Assembly: GCA_020241125.1 (NCBI GenBank)
Contig: GCA_020241125.1_4708.1
From: a phage
Direction: 5' to 3' (one strand)
Length of the DNA stretch: 64,000 nucleotides
The notes under the pieces were generated by a model that saw only the letters and a program-made list of their open reading frames with translations, made no database searches and had not been told where the DNA came from. Shown in pieces: positions 1-10,102 of the stretch; positions within the stretch are counted from its first letter, which is position 1; every line of letters begins with the position of its first letter. A program made the position numbers and the translations under genes.

Positions 1-645
1 TGCAAGATAACGATGATCGTCTAATGTAAACCCCTCTTGAGTATAGCCCGTAAACGATGCGGTGGGGGAAATGGGAATATAAGGAGGGTCGCAATAAACG
101 ACGTCACCCGGAACCACCTTTTCAAGATGCTTCTGGAACCCACCACTTACAATTTCTACCCCCCCCCCCTCGACGAAGGCAGCCTGAAGATGGTTCGCTG
201 CCAGACGCAATTCCTGTTTCGGGAAATAGACGGTCTTATACCGCCCATGCGCAACATTAAATAAACCATCACGATTATAACGACATAAGCCATTGAAACC
301 GTAACGGTTTAAATACATGAAGCAAACTGCGCGTTCCCACGGATCTTCAGCGCGGTTAAAACGTTCACGTATCTCGTAGTAGCTTCTGACGTCGGTAGGA
401 TCCGTTTGAAAAAGACGTTCCACTTCTTCGATGAAAGATTCTGGACGCGCTAGCAACGCAGACCATACTGAGAGAATATCCTCATTCGCATCACCTATCG
501 AATACGCTGGGTACTTAAGAGCAAGCGTAACAGCGCCGGAACCAACGAATGGTTCAACAAGACGCTTTCCTTTAGGTAACACTTTTTCAATCTCAGGGAT
601 AAGCCTGGTTTTGTTCCCAAGCCATTTAAGAAATGTTCTGCTCAT
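1..645 (-). CDS. dam: DNA adenine methyltransferase, Dam family (partial; C-terminus lies beyond window start)
   Basis: Own translation of minus strand from ATG at 645: MSRTFLKWLGNKTRLIPEIEKVLPKGKRLVEPFVGSGAVTLA...FNRAEDPWERAVCFMYLNRYGFNGLCRYN...VVYCDPPY; matches E. coli Dam motifs (FxGxG SAM site, LNRYGYNGLCRYN, DPPY). Open to position 1. Absent from ORF track because it runs off the edge. Confidence 0.85.
   Translation of the reverse strand, partial: MSRTFLKWLGNKTRLIPEIEKVLPKGKRLVEPFVGSGAVTLALKYPAYSIGDANEDILSVWSALLARPESFIEEVERLFQTDPTDVRSYYEIRERFNRAEDPWERAVCFMYLNRYGFNGLCRYNRDGLFNVAHGRYKTVYFPKQELRLAANHLQAAFVEGGGVEIVSGGFQKHLEKVVPGDVVYCDPPYIPISPTASFTGYTQEGFTLDDHRYLA
159..169 (-). repeat. homopolymeric C11 (G11 on coding strand) tract inside dam coding sequence
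   Basis: 11 consecutive C on plus strand; encodes E-G-G-G-V in-frame in Dam. Confidence 0.9.
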
Positions 646-1060
646 CGATTGGCGTTCCGATAATGTTGATGACTATTTCCGTTCGAACCGGATTGGTCAG
701 TACGGCCTGCATGCATTCAAGCATTGTTGGGTTATCCGTAACCACCACATCGGCGTAACACAACGGATGGCTTTCGAACGCTTCGGTATCACTTACTAAC
801 AGAACACCCATCACATTTACGTATTGCGGTATGCGACCACGAATGCGTTGCCACATGTCTTGAGTAAGGTCCTCGCTTTCTAATGCAACCACAACAACAG
901 GACTGATATTTACCGGAAAACGCGGATGCACCGTACGACGAAATGTTATCCAGTTTTCGATGTGGGATAATGCAAGTTCGAGAGAACAGCATTTTGGAGA
1001 AATCTGTATGTTTATTTGTTGAATCAATGAAAGGGGGTTTTGTACAGTCGCTTCAGCCAT
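626..1060 (-). CDS. hypothetical protein (144 aa)
   Basis: ORF track; stop/start TAA-ATG junction with upstream gene; overlaps dam start by 20 nt. Confidence 0.5.
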   Translation of the reverse strand: MAEATVQNPLSLIQQINIQISPKCCSLELALSHIENWITFRRTVHPRFPVNISPVVVVALESEDLTQDMWQRIRGRIPQYVNVMGVLLVSDTEAFESHPLCYADVVVTDNPTMLECMQAVLTNPVRTEIVINIIGTPIDEQNIS

Positions 1061-2038
1061 TTACTTTTTCCTGAAAATTAATGTTGGTAAGCCGTTTCTT
1101 ACAGCATAATACAACACTAAGAGGTTAATCTTACCTGCGGATACCGTAAGCATTTTACGACGACGTGGTAAACTAACCGGTACGGTAGATGCCATCGTTG
1201 CGCTGTTCTTGAACGTTTGGGAATAACGTCGCAGCGACGCTTCACCTAACAATGGAAGGAACAGATCCTCAGTAAGAATATCATCGCAGATATACGTAAT
1301 CGCAAGTAACGGTGGATTCCACTCGTTCAGGAACTCGAAAATCTCGTTTGCGATACCCAGCGCGTTATTGGGAAGCGGAACCTCACGAACGTATTTCTGA
1401 TTGCCTTTATCCAGCAGGATTCTTGACATACAGTAATCGTGGATTATACCCGCAACATCATCCGCTGTTTCTGCGTTCTGCATCAACGCCCGTGCTTCTT
1501 CCCAGGTCAGCTGACGTTTTGTTTCGTAGTAGGTTGGTTTCAAAACCGCGTAAAAATCGTGGATTAAGCGACCAACATCCCCACGGGTTTTCTCTGCCAA
1601 CGCGATCGCGTACGCTTTCTTCTCCGCATCCGTTAAGATCTGATTACGCCACAGTTCGTATTCGTCTAACAGCTCGGTGTATTTGGCTGTCCATTCAGAG
1701 GAAAGATAATAACCAATACTGTCAATCAATGCGTGCGTTAAAACACCCAGACGCTCGCGTTTTGGATCGACTGACGGCTCATAGACAAAAGGTAGCTTCG
1801 GTTTTTCAAAGCCGCTGGCTACGACGGTATCTGAAAAAGCGTTAGCGAAAACACCCATCGGTTTCCATGACGTAAGGAGATCCTGATATAGCATCGGATG
1901 AACGTTATTAATCGCTGTGAGTTTATCATCGAAAAGACTCACGCTTGGATGTTCAGCATTCGCAAGCTCAAAATAAATTCTTTCGAGCAACGCCTTTACC
2001 GCATCGCGTGTCTTATCGATTGGGCCAATAGAAGCCAT
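1061..2038 (-). CDS. hypothetical protein (325 aa)
   Basis: Long ORF on dominant strand; no motif recognised. Confidence 0.6.
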   Translation of the reverse strand: MASIGPIDKTRDAVKALLERIYFELANAEHPSVSLFDDKLTAINNVHPMLYQDLLTSWKPMGVFANAFSDTVVASGFEKPKLPFVYEPSVDPKRERLGVLTHALIDSIGYYLSSEWTAKYTELLDEYELWRNQILTDAEKKAYAIALAEKTRGDVGRLIHDFYAVLKPTYYETKRQLTWEEARALMQNAETADDVAGIIHDYCMSRILLDKGNQKYVREVPLPNNALGIANEIFEFLNEWNPPLLAITYICDDILTEDLFLPLLGEASLRRYSQTFKNSATMASTVPVSLPRRRKMLTVSAGKINLLVLYYAVRNGLPTLIFRKK

Positions 2039-2052
2039 GTAAATTATCCTCG

Positions 2053-2319
2053 TTAAAAAGTACCCATGATCGATAGGGCAATATGGTCTTTGTTCACACG
2101 CGCATTTAACGACATATCGAGACCGTTTTTCTTAATATGCCAGCGTGCCACCAGTTCCGGTTGGTCAACGGAATACAGCCCTTCTCGATGTTGATTCAAC
2201 CATTTAGCAATTGGATGCAGTTTATCGGGATTGACCACACCCAATTCCAACCCACCGGGTGTTAATGGTTTAGAATAAAAGTCAAGTGCGTTCCGTAAAA
2301 AGTCATCCTCGATGCTCAT
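2053..2319 (-). CDS. hypothetical protein (88 aa)
   Basis: ORF track; ATGA overlap with upstream small ORF. Confidence 0.5.
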   Translation of the reverse strand: MSIEDDFLRNALDFYSKPLTPGGLELGVVNPDKLHPIAKWLNQHREGLYSVDQPELVARWHIKKNGLDMSLNARVNKDHIALSIMGTF

Positions 2320-2432
2320 CGTAGCATACCTACCATGCCGATTACAGCAAACAGTACGCCGACAGCGCTATACGCAAGCAGCGCTTTAGCAACCCAAGAT
2401 TTTATTTCCGTATACTCTTCATTATTCACCAT
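2316..2432 (-). CDS. small hydrophobic protein (38 aa, single predicted TM helix)
   Basis: Own translation MVNNEEYTEIKSWVAKALLAYSAVGVLFAVIGMVGMLR; below ORF-track size cut-off; stop overlaps next start (ATGA). Confidence 0.35.
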   Translation of the reverse strand: MVNNEEYTEIKSWVAKALLAYSAVGVLFAVIGMVGMLR

Positions 2433-2604
2433 GTCTCACCTCGTTCGGTTATTGTCTGATCTCATACCTTTACTTAAGCGTATCCCCCGTCATTAAGACG
2501 GGGTGTTTATCACCAGAGACGATTACCTTCCTCGTCCCACCAAGCAATCGCTCGTGTCGACTCGAATGTGTTAGGGCGTAACGTCATGCCCTTGCGGTCA
2601 ACGA

Positions 2605-2883
2605 TTAACCGCAACTCAGTACCGAACCACTCAATCGAGATAAACAAACCCTTCCGAATGATTGCTTGATAACCTGATAGCCGCTCAAAGAGTCGTTGAA
2701 AGATCCATCATGCCCACACGACACTAATGCTTCTGAATAGCGTCGCATCGATTTTGCATCGCTAGGTAAACGTGTTTTACAATCCCACCATAACACAGCG
2801 TACATCAGTGCAGCATTACGCAATCGTAACGATTGAACTGGTGTTAGCTGTCGTCCTTCAACATCATCGATAATGACATACAT
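2605..2883 (-). CDS. hypothetical protein (92 aa)
   Basis: ORF track, dominant strand. Confidence 0.4.
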   Translation of the reverse strand: MYVIIDDVEGRQLTPVQSLRLRNAALMYAVLWWDCKTRLPSDAKSMRRYSEALVSCGHDGSFNDSLSGYQVIKQSFGRVCLSRLSGSVLSCG

Positions 2884-2889
2884 CGCATC

Positions 2890-3144
2890 TTATTCCGCGC
2901 TTGTTTCCTTAACATGGACACATTCCGCATCGATAGTCACACCGGTAGAACGATGGGTCTCGTTGGTAGAATCAAATCCGCTGTTGAACAACACTGCGAA
3001 TGTGTTATTATCCATACGAGCAAAGGTCTCCGCAATACGATCGGGATGAAAATCAGTGCGGCTGATGGTCGATTTCACAAAAACTCCTATAAACAATTTA
3101 ATTATTGGTATTAAGATTAAAGCAGGATCTGCGGACAGCAGCAT
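2890..3144 (-). CDS. hypothetical protein (84 aa)
   Basis: ORF track; overlaps next gene by 28 nt. Confidence 0.3.
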   Translation of the reverse strand: MLLSADPALILIPIIKLFIGVFVKSTISRTDFHPDRIAETFARMDNNTFAVLFNSGFDSTNETHRSTGVTIDAECVHVKETSAE

Positions 3145-3602
3145 GATTCGTAACCACCTTCATGTGGTAACGTATTGCTGGTGTCAGGCCAAACGAGCTG
3201 AATACCCGCAACCTTTTTACCATATCGAGCGAAAGCCGCTATCGCATACACTTCGTTGAAGGATTCAATATCCTCTATTTCACGCACGTCAAGACGCAAG
3301 GTTTCACCCGTACCTTTCAGAGTTAGATTGCCATCGAACGCGCCTAACGGGATGGTCTTTGCCTTCACCATGAAGTTACCCAGTTTGTTGATTGCTGAAC
3401 CGAGAGCAGGGCAATAACCGGATACGAAGATTTCCGGCATTCCGTGTTCGGTTAGACCAACAGTATACATAAAGCCAGGCTCGTCGCTTCCCTCATCAGG
3501 AGCGACACTGATAATAGCCCATTGCTTTTTCTCGATATATTCTTCGATAAAATCGTCCAGTTTTGAAAAATTGTTTTCATTAAGTTTAACTGTGTTACTC
3601 AT
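3117..3602 (-). CDS. hypothetical protein (161 aa)
   Basis: ORF track, dominant strand. Confidence 0.55.
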   Translation of the reverse strand: MSNTVKLNENNFSKLDDFIEEYIEKKQWAIISVAPDEGSDEPGFMYTVGLTEHGMPEIFVSGYCPALGSAINKLGNFMVKAKTIPLGAFDGNLTLKGTGETLRLDVREIEDIESFNEVYAIAAFARYGKKVAGIQLVWPDTSNTLPHEGGYESCCCPQILL

Positions 3603-3888
3603 GTTCTTTATCCTTTAATGCGTTTTCTAACCAGCGGACATAACTTTCACGATAAAGGTGAATATGTCTTTTACCGTCGCGAAAGTTAGGGTCAATAAGA
3701 TGAATCGCAGCATGGGTTGAGGTCGTCGCATGCTGTAAATGTTTTCGTGTTAATCGCCCAAGTTTTACCCAACGTTGAATATACCGTGCGTCTGCCGCTA
3801 AACAGGTACGTTCATCGATGAAAGGTACCAATACCTGAACGATACTACCGTAATACACCATCGAACTGTTGAACATCTGCGTCTCCAT
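3595..3888 (-). CDS. hypothetical protein (97 aa)
   Basis: ORF track. Confidence 0.5.
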   Translation of the reverse strand: METQMFNSSMVYYGSIVQVLVPFIDERTCLAADARYIQRWVKLGRLTRKHLQHATTSTHAAIHLIDPNFRDGKRHIHLYRESYVRWLENALKDKEHE

Positions 3889-3906
3889 GCAAATGGATGG
3901 GGCGGA

Positions 3907-4215
3907 TTAGTGAAGAATTACCGTTTGCGATCCGTTCTCGTATTCGGTAAGTAACTCGTCATACCGACGATCGACTACCTTGATTGCATTATCGATCTCT
4001 GTCGTGTCTGATACAACAGATCGTTTCGCTTCCAGTCGATATACTAACGCATCACGCATACCCTCGGCTGCAGCGAGTTCACAGGTTGCTTGATGTTTAT
4101 TATCCGAAAAGACGAAGAATGGTTTGTTCTCTTCATCGGCCAGGAAGTAGTTACGAATCTCAACCAACCTTTCATCTGGAACCAGTTCACATTTGTTTTC
4201 GTTCATTTTCATCAT
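3907..4215 (-). CDS. hypothetical protein (102 aa)
   Basis: ORF track. Confidence 0.5.
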   Translation of the reverse strand: MMKMNENKCELVPDERLVEIRNYFLADEENKPFFVFSDNKHQATCELAAAEGMRDALVYRLEAKRSVVSDTTEIDNAIKVVDRRYDELLTEYENGSQTVILH

Positions 4216-4220
4216 CTCTC

Positions 4221-4553
4221 TTAAAGTTTTAACGTATTGACGCCGCTTATAAAGGCGTTGATTTCATTGTCAATATTACCAGTTTGCTCGATAATCTTCT
4301 CCACGGTCAATCTTGGTTTGTTGTAAGCGATACATACAGCATCGGGACCATTTCCATACATGCTCGCGACGTAAATTCGAAGTTCTTTTAAACGATCAAG
4401 TAACAACTGTGTGATATCCAGAACTTCTTCTGTGGCGGTCTGTGTGTTGCATTCGCGTAACTTGTGTTCTAACAGCGAAGTCGCAGCATCGAGCATGGAT
4501 GTGTATTTACGGTAGTTATAAATATCAATTATAGCTGTCTGATTCATATACAC
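4221..4553 (-). CDS. hypothetical protein (110 aa)
   Basis: ORF track. Confidence 0.5.
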   Translation of the reverse strand: MYMNQTAIIDIYNYRKYTSMLDAATSLLEHKLRECNTQTATEEVLDITQLLLDRLKELRIYVASMYGNGPDAVCIAYNKPRLTVEKIIEQTGNIDNEINAFISGVNTLKL

Positions 4554-4558
4554 GTTAT

Positions 4559-4927
4559 TTATTTATCGGGGTCTGGAAAATAGTAAAATCGCCAATGCAA
4601 CATAGAAATCGCATTTCTTATTCGATTCGCACGAACACGGCGTCCGAGAAAGGACTTGTAGCAAGAATCGCAATCCATAAACAACTCATGGCTCGATTTC
4701 ATCAGAACCACGATATCTCTTATATACGAATTGCAGTACTCGATAAACGGGTCTGTATCGTACGTATATTTCCTCGCACTACCTATCCCCAACCCTCTAT
4801 TTAACTCACGACAATTTATCATGAGCTTCACATAACGGATAAGCCGAACGAAGTCACGTAAATTACGATTAAACCAATATCGATACCAAAATGACTGTAT
4901 ACTCCGAACAGTTCTATTTAACTTCAT
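4559..4927 (-). CDS. hypothetical protein (122 aa)
   Basis: ORF track. Confidence 0.5.
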   Translation of the reverse strand: MKLNRTVRSIQSFWYRYWFNRNLRDFVRLIRYVKLMINCRELNRGLGIGSARKYTYDTDPFIEYCNSYIRDIVVLMKSSHELFMDCDSCYKSFLGRRVRANRIRNAISMLHWRFYYFPDPDK

Positions 4928-5555
4928 TGATACCTTCTATTAGTTGTACAGCAACTTCTTTTTCGGTGCTATAAAAGAACTTGCGATGGAACTGAACAAG
5001 AAGTTTTTCGAATTTACATTGAACGATCTTTTTGCGTTCGATATGACCCAGGGAGAGCAAAGCACCCATGCAACGTACCGCTTGTTCGAGAACTTGTTTC
5101 GCGGTATCGTGATCGTCCGGTAACGGTAAATCTTCCTCATCGTCTTTAGCGATAAGGCGTCTGATGATGTTATCGATACGTATCTCATCACCGTTAATAA
5201 AAGCCCCCTTCTCCCAGTCATCGAATCGTTGATGGATTCGACGTTGTAAGTTGGCCCTGTCTTCCATTAACTCTTTCAACTGGCTTTCTAAATGGGATAC
5301 GGTACGGCGGTCGGTTTCAGTGAAGTTTTCCGATTCTTTGTACCACCAATCATTACGCGATAGTAAATCGTTAACGCGCGAAATCGTCCGACGACACTCA
5401 CTAACAAGCCCGTCACCATTCGGTAGCTCTGTACCAAAATAGCATTTGTATTTATAACGCATAACACGGATTAAACGTTTCGCTAGAAAACCTTGCCTTT
5501 CCAGTTTCTTCTTCAGTTGTGTGTATTTCTCTTCTTTTGTTTCCATTAATTCCAT
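4914..5555 (-). CDS. hypothetical protein (213 aa)
   Basis: ORF track. Confidence 0.55.
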   Translation of the reverse strand: MELMETKEEKYTQLKKKLERQGFLAKRLIRVMRYKYKCYFGTELPNGDGLVSECRRTISRVNDLLSRNDWWYKESENFTETDRRTVSHLESQLKELMEDRANLQRRIHQRFDDWEKGAFINGDEIRIDNIIRRLIAKDDEEDLPLPDDHDTAKQVLEQAVRCMGALLSLGHIERKKIVQCKFEKLLVQFHRKFFYSTEKEVAVQLIEGINEVK

Positions 5556-5944
5556 GATGTTGTACCTCGTTCAGCAATCAGGAGAGTCGTGGTTGTGCTT
5601 TTCACTAATCTATTAAAGTCTTGATATATCCGCCTGAGGGATGATTTCAAATCACAATAACGGCTGAAATAAACCTTCAAGTCATCTTTTGTCACAGTCT
5701 CCGTATTTATTTTCGTAGAAACACCGAGATCGATAAACTCTTTTCTTAATTGGGATAATTCATCAAGAAGTCGATGATGGCTTAGATAAATAACAGATTT
5801 ATCGGATAACAACTCGCCGGTTATCCGGCTCTGGCGTTCATCGAAATATTGGAGCCGCCATTCAATTCGCTTACGTAATTTATCAAGTAAATCAACAAAA
5901 GCGGTATAGCTGTTAACGGCTAGGTTAACTTGACTCGTTATCAT
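5546..5944 (-). CDS. hypothetical protein (132 aa)
   Basis: ORF track. Confidence 0.5.
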   Translation of the reverse strand: MITSQVNLAVNSYTAFVDLLDKLRKRIEWRLQYFDERQSRITGELLSDKSVIYLSHHRLLDELSQLRKEFIDLGVSTKINTETVTKDDLKVYFSRYCDLKSSLRRIYQDFNRLVKSTTTTLLIAERGTTSWN

Positions 5945-6291
5945 TCCACTTTCTCCGTTATATGCTTTAAACTGTTACGTATACTTTTCAATCGATGGTT
6001 AAATCCGGAACGATAACATTTCCGTACATCCCGTGCTGATCGCGCTTTATTCGCCTGATTAAGCTGCTCATTCACCTGCGACGCTATACGTAAACGCTCT
6101 AATAAAGACCTCAACCGAACGACAACCAACGGCTGTTCTTTCACCTTCTCTAGTTTGAGTAAAGAGTCAATATGAAACTTTATTTCGATAATCTGATTCC
6201 TGTTTTTGCGGTACTGATGAATATACCAACATCGACGAAAATAGGCGATGTTTAGCATCGGGTAGATCCTTTTCAACGCTACCTCCAACAA
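5941..6291 (-). CDS. hypothetical protein (116 aa)
   Basis: ORF track; 4-nt overlap with neighbour. Confidence 0.5.
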   Translation of the reverse strand: MLEVALKRIYPMLNIAYFRRCWYIHQYRKNRNQIIEIKFHIDSLLKLEKVKEQPLVVVRLRSLLERLRIASQVNEQLNQANKARSARDVRKCYRSGFNHRLKSIRNSLKHITEKVE

Positions 6292-6476
6292 TACATCGGA
6301 TTAGGCGCTTTATGGTATTTATAGATACCTACTTTCTTCTGTCTGCCTTTACCCGGGCCTCGTTTAATACGTTTGTTATAAACACGATCCAAATATCGAT
6401 CAACGATAAATCGGGATAAATACACCGGATCGATATAAGCCAGGGTACCCGCTTCTGTTTCTTCGAGACATTGCAT
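6279..6476 (-). CDS. hypothetical small protein (65 aa)
   Basis: ORF track. Confidence 0.3.
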   Translation of the reverse strand: MQCLEETEAGTLAYIDPVYLSRFIVDRYLDRVYNKRIKRGPGKGRQKKVGIYKYHKAPNPMYCWR

Positions 6477-6502
6477 GCGTAACCTCTCTTTCCTCTAAAA
6501 AG

Positions 6503-6709
6503 TCAGTCCAACATAAGCCATGGCATCGCTTTCGCGATAGAATCCACCGCAGCATTTGCGATCCTTCGTTCGGTGGTTGGTACCACATGCGCCACGAACC
6601 GTTTTCCTTTATTGCAACCTTTCTTGTGTTTTCCTTTGACTAAACGAACACCAATCATGTCGTTGATAACATGATTTAGTATATGGCGCTGTAGAGAATT
6701 AATCATCAC
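6503..6709 (-). CDS. hypothetical small basic protein (68 aa)
   Basis: ORF track. Confidence 0.3.
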   Translation of the reverse strand: MMINSLQRHILNHVINDMIGVRLVKGKHKKGCNKGKRFVAHVVPTTERRIANAAVDSIAKAMPWLMLD

Positions 6710-6875
6710 TTTTACTCCAGGCCGAGAAGATTCTCGGTTTTAGTTCTATCTGTCCGCATATCCAGGTGTATCTCCATTTACCTTTACGAGGACCTTTCTT
6801 ATTTTTAACACCTATCAGAATACGATAGGGATATGACCAAGCCATTCTAAACTCCTAAAATAAATCTCGATATTC

Positions 6876-7202
6876 TTAATGCAGTTGCTTCTTAAAACCT
6901 AATTTAAGAAGCGTCATTCTCTTGTCGATGGTATCTAATGCTTCCAGCAAGGATTCACGCTGTTCTTTCGTAAGCATATCGACGCGTAGACGTTCGTTAA
7001 TTTCCGCTTTAAGCTGTATAGGAAGGGTTTGTGTAAGTATGCTATCAGCCTCCATCTCGTAACTATTTTTCGGTGTGGGTAATGCTTCAGTAACACCAGT
7101 GAGATAAAAACCGATAGTGGTTACTCGTTCATCCATTGCTTCTAGCAGTTCAGAACTTACCTCATCCACGATAGTTCTCCGTATTAGGGTGGGCGTACCC
7201 AC
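6876..7202 (-). CDS. hypothetical protein (108 aa)
   Basis: ORF track. Confidence 0.5.
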   Translation of the reverse strand: MGTPTLIRRTIVDEVSSELLEAMDERVTTIGFYLTGVTEALPTPKNSYEMEADSILTQTLPIQLKAEINERLRVDMLTKEQRESLLEALDTIDKRMTLLKLGFKKQLH

Positions 7203-7216
7203 CCTCAGTTGTTAAT

Positions 7217-8236
7217 TTACACCGCCACCTTAGCCTTGATAGCGGGGTGTGATTGATATCCGACGAACACAAAGTCTTCGTAACGGTAATCCGTAATACT
7301 TTCTGGTTTACGTACGATTGTTAGCTTCGGTAATGGATACGGCTCACGACTAAGTTGTTCTTTAACCTGTTCGAAATGGTTGTGATAGATATGACAATCT
7401 CCACCTGTCCACACGAACTCACCAACGTCCATATTCAGCTGTTGGGCAAGCATATGTGTTAACAACGAGTATGATGCGACGTTAAAGCTCCAACCCAAGA
7501 GCGTGTCGCACGAACGTTGATAAAGCTGACAGGATAAAGCACGTGTTGGTACGTTATGCGCATTCAACCAGAGTTCTGTTTCACTGTGTCGTACATCATC
7601 CGTAACCCACTGGGTTCTTAGTACGTCATTGCGCTGGACATAATCAACGCGTTCATCGATCGTGAGTTCGTGGGTATAGAACTGATAGAATGAATGGCAC
7701 GGAGCGAGATGCATATCGTCTAAATCACCTACGTTCCACGCGCTAACGATGATTCGTCGAGAATCAGGATCTTCTTTGAGTTGACGCATCATGTTTGCGA
7801 TTTGGTCGTGGTGTTTAACATACAAGAGATGTTTGACCATACCGGCGTCAACAACACCGCAATACTCATAGCCGCGTTGCATCAACTCACGAGTACGTTC
7901 TGTATCATGCGGAACAACCACTTTGTAGTCAATCCATTCTCGCCATTGTCTGCCGTAAATCGGTCCTAGATTCCCTTCCTTATCAGCCCATTCATTCCAA
8001 ATACGAACACCGTTATCTTGAAGATAAGCAACGTTTGTGTCGCCGTTAAGAAACCAGAGCAGTTCGTGGATAACGCTCTTAAGGTGAATCTTCTTGGTGG
8101 TTACCAGCGGAAATCCTTTCTTCAAGTCAAAACGCATCTGACGCCCGAATACCGAACGGGTCCCGGTGCCCGTGCGGTCGGCCTTATCGCGACCGTTATC
8201 CATGATGTCTTGCAAAAGGTCCAAATACTGTTTCAT
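7217..8236 (-). CDS. thyA: thymidylate synthase, ThyA family (339 aa, two insertions relative to E. coli ThyA)
   Basis: [31 protein letters not shown]...[12 protein letters not shown]...[30 protein letters not shown]...[11 protein letters not shown]...SFNVASY...[16 protein letters not shown]; catalytic Cys in the PCH motif and the dUMP-specifying Asn are present. Confidence 0.9.
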   Translation of the reverse strand: MKQYLDLLQDIMDNGRDKADRTGTGTRSVFGRQMRFDLKKGFPLVTTKKIHLKSVIHELLWFLNGDTNVAYLQDNGVRIWNEWADKEGNLGPIYGRQWREWIDYKVVVPHDTERTRELMQRGYEYCGVVDAGMVKHLLYVKHHDQIANMMRQLKEDPDSRRIIVSAWNVGDLDDMHLAPCHSFYQFYTHELTIDERVDYVQRNDVLRTQWVTDDVRHSETELWLNAHNVPTRALSCQLYQRSCDTLLGWSFNVASYSLLTHMLAQQLNMDVGEFVWTGGDCHIYHNHFEQVKEQLSREPYPLPKLTIVRKPESITDYRYEDFVFVGYQSHPAIKAKVAV

Positions 8237-8445
8237 TTTAATCCTCTAAGTGTTTCGAGTAGTTCCTGAAATTTATAACGATATTTAGGATTGCTTAACG
8301 TGTAACAGCAGCCATGTAACACGTTATACGCGTAATCAACTTGTAAACCATGAACCTTCGGATCCGATGATAGATTCAATGGCACATCATCAAAAATCCA
8401 CGCTTCAATGTTCTTCTTAGATTCCTTCGTTAACATCGTTTTCAC
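8233..8445 (-). CDS. hypothetical protein (70 aa)
   Basis: ORF track; ATGA overlap with thyA. Confidence 0.45.
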   Translation of the reverse strand: MKTMLTKESKKNIEAWIFDDVPLNLSSDPKVHGLQVDYAYNVLHGCCYTLSNPKYRYKFQELLETLRGLK

Positions 8446-8509
8446 CTCGTAGTAAAAATAAATAGAGTTTTTGTCGAGACGCCCTAATTACTTACAACGT
8501 AGGTTATCC

Positions 8510-9394
8510 TCAATAACGACCGTAGCGTTCCTCGAGCCGTTTTGGTTTTCTCAGAAGGCTATCTTTAAGTGGTACGACGTCGATATCAACACTCTCTGAG
8601 TAATAGCCGTTAGAACTACCATACCAACGGATAACAACACAACCCTTTGCAGTACGGATATGGTAAAATGTCCATTGTATACGTTCGCTGTAATAACCGT
8701 AGTTATCGGTTCTTTCCTCGGTTCTTTCTTCAGCACTGAGTATCTTTTCACCGATGATATCATTAATATCGCCGTCAATGTCTTCAAGATACACCTCTTC
8801 GCAGCAATCCTGCTGATGACAGAATTCGACAACGTTTCCATCACCACGATAGAAAAGAAGGGCGATACCGTTTCGTAATTGCTCGCTCGTTACATCAGAC
8901 ACACAATGCAAACTTTTATCGTCGGTAATCACCAAGACGTTGTTGATTACATGTCCGGCAAGCGCTCCGATCTTATTTACCGTGATAATCGGACGAACCG
9001 GTTCAGATTGAACGATAGGAATACGGACACAACCAATTAAAGCCATCCGTCCTTTCTTTGGTCTAACCGCAAGATACGGTGATTTTCTTGGGTGGTTATG
9101 TAGTCGTATTTCTACTTCGTTGAATTTAATCCCGTATGAACACAGAAAATAATTGAATAGTTTACGGAATTCCTCGGTTGCTTCTTGCAACGTGATGTTA
9201 TTTACTGTGAGTTTATGTCCCCTGAACACCCGGGTTAGATCGATAACATCCAGCGTTTTGAAATATATTTCCGTAAGGGGATGACCTGTGTATTCCAGGC
9301 AAGTAATTGTTCTTTGAACCACGATTTTAGGTTGTGCACCTTTAAAACGTTTCAGGTATTTAACACGATAGCGTGTATGATCTGATGTTAACAT
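8510..9394 (-). CDS. hypothetical protein (~294 aa; start moved to internal ATG with GGAGAGGAG RBS)
   Basis: ORF track 8510..9493; the longer N-terminus would overlap a terminator hairpin. Confidence 0.5.
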   Translation of the reverse strand: MLTSDHTRYRVKYLKRFKGAQPKIVVQRTITCLEYTGHPLTEIYFKTLDVIDLTRVFRGHKLTVNNITLQEATEEFRKLFNYFLCSYGIKFNEVEIRLHNHPRKSPYLAVRPKKGRMALIGCVRIPIVQSEPVRPIITVNKIGALAGHVINNVLVITDDKSLHCVSDVTSEQLRNGIALLFYRGDGNVVEFCHQQDCCEEVYLEDIDGDINDIIGEKILSAEERTEERTDNYGYYSERIQWTFYHIRTAKGCVVIRWYGSSNGYYSESVDIDVVPLKDSLLRKPKRLEERYGRY

Positions 9395-9467
9395 TTTAAT
9401 CTCCTCTCCCGACTTCAGAGAATTCTTAAAATCCGTTAGTTTTGATAGATAGGGTAAGACGGCATAA

Positions 9468-9490
9468 AAGCATCCCATTACGGGATGCTT
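9468..9490 (-). terminator. hairpin (AAGCATCCC/GGGATGCTT) with UUUUAUGCCG tail in minus sense
   Basis: Inverted repeat directly after stop of 9502..10050. Confidence 0.5.
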
Positions 9491-9501
9491 CATTAATCAG
9501 C

Positions 9502-10050
9502 TTATTTCACAAGAACAGCGAATTCGAGAACATGAATAGCTTCATCGTCCATCGGATTTGTCGCGGTATAACCAACGAAGCAATAGCCCATATCCACGAT
9601 AAACTCGCTAAGTTTATCGATGACTGATACCCCGATACGATCGTCAACAGACAGACGACATTTACGGGTTATGTTTTGCCCGCGAGGAACGCCAGCTAAC
9701 ACGGATAGGAAATGTACGATCCGGTTATTGGTTGCGAACTGCATGTAATCATCGTAGTACTTAAGGTCTTTCATCGCAGACTCTACCGTCATACGACGAC
9801 CAGGTGACACATACTCAGAATAAGAATAAGCTGCGATCGTACGACGATCTTCAGTAAGGTAAGTATTCCCTTCGGGATGATAACTCTCGACTGTTCCGTC
9901 TTCATGGGTGACGGTCACAACAGGTGCGCCGTACTCGTCGCGACCGAATTCAATCTTACATTTATCCGAAAGCGGTAGAATCGTACAAGGCTTTGCGTTG
10001 TTCTCATCAGGGAGATTGTAACCGCTCATCATTTTCAAAAAGATAGACAT
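9502..10050 (-). CDS. hypothetical protein (182 aa), paralog of 10137..10670
   Basis: Shared features with neighbour: NNAKP near N-terminus, IEFxRD, TIAxYxYS. Confidence 0.6.
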   Translation of the reverse strand: MSIFLKMMSGYNLPDENNAKPCTILPLSDKCKIEFGRDEYGAPVVTVTHEDGTVESYHPEGNTYLTEDRRTIAAYSYSEYVSPGRRMTVESAMKDLKYYDDYMQFATNNRIVHFLSVLAGVPRGQNITRKCRLSVDDRIGVSVIDKLSEFIVDMGYCFVGYTATNPMDDEAIHVLEFAVLVK

Positions 10051-10102
10051 AATAGAACCTCATGATAATAGATAATAGAAATGATAGATAGTACAACAAA
10101 TT

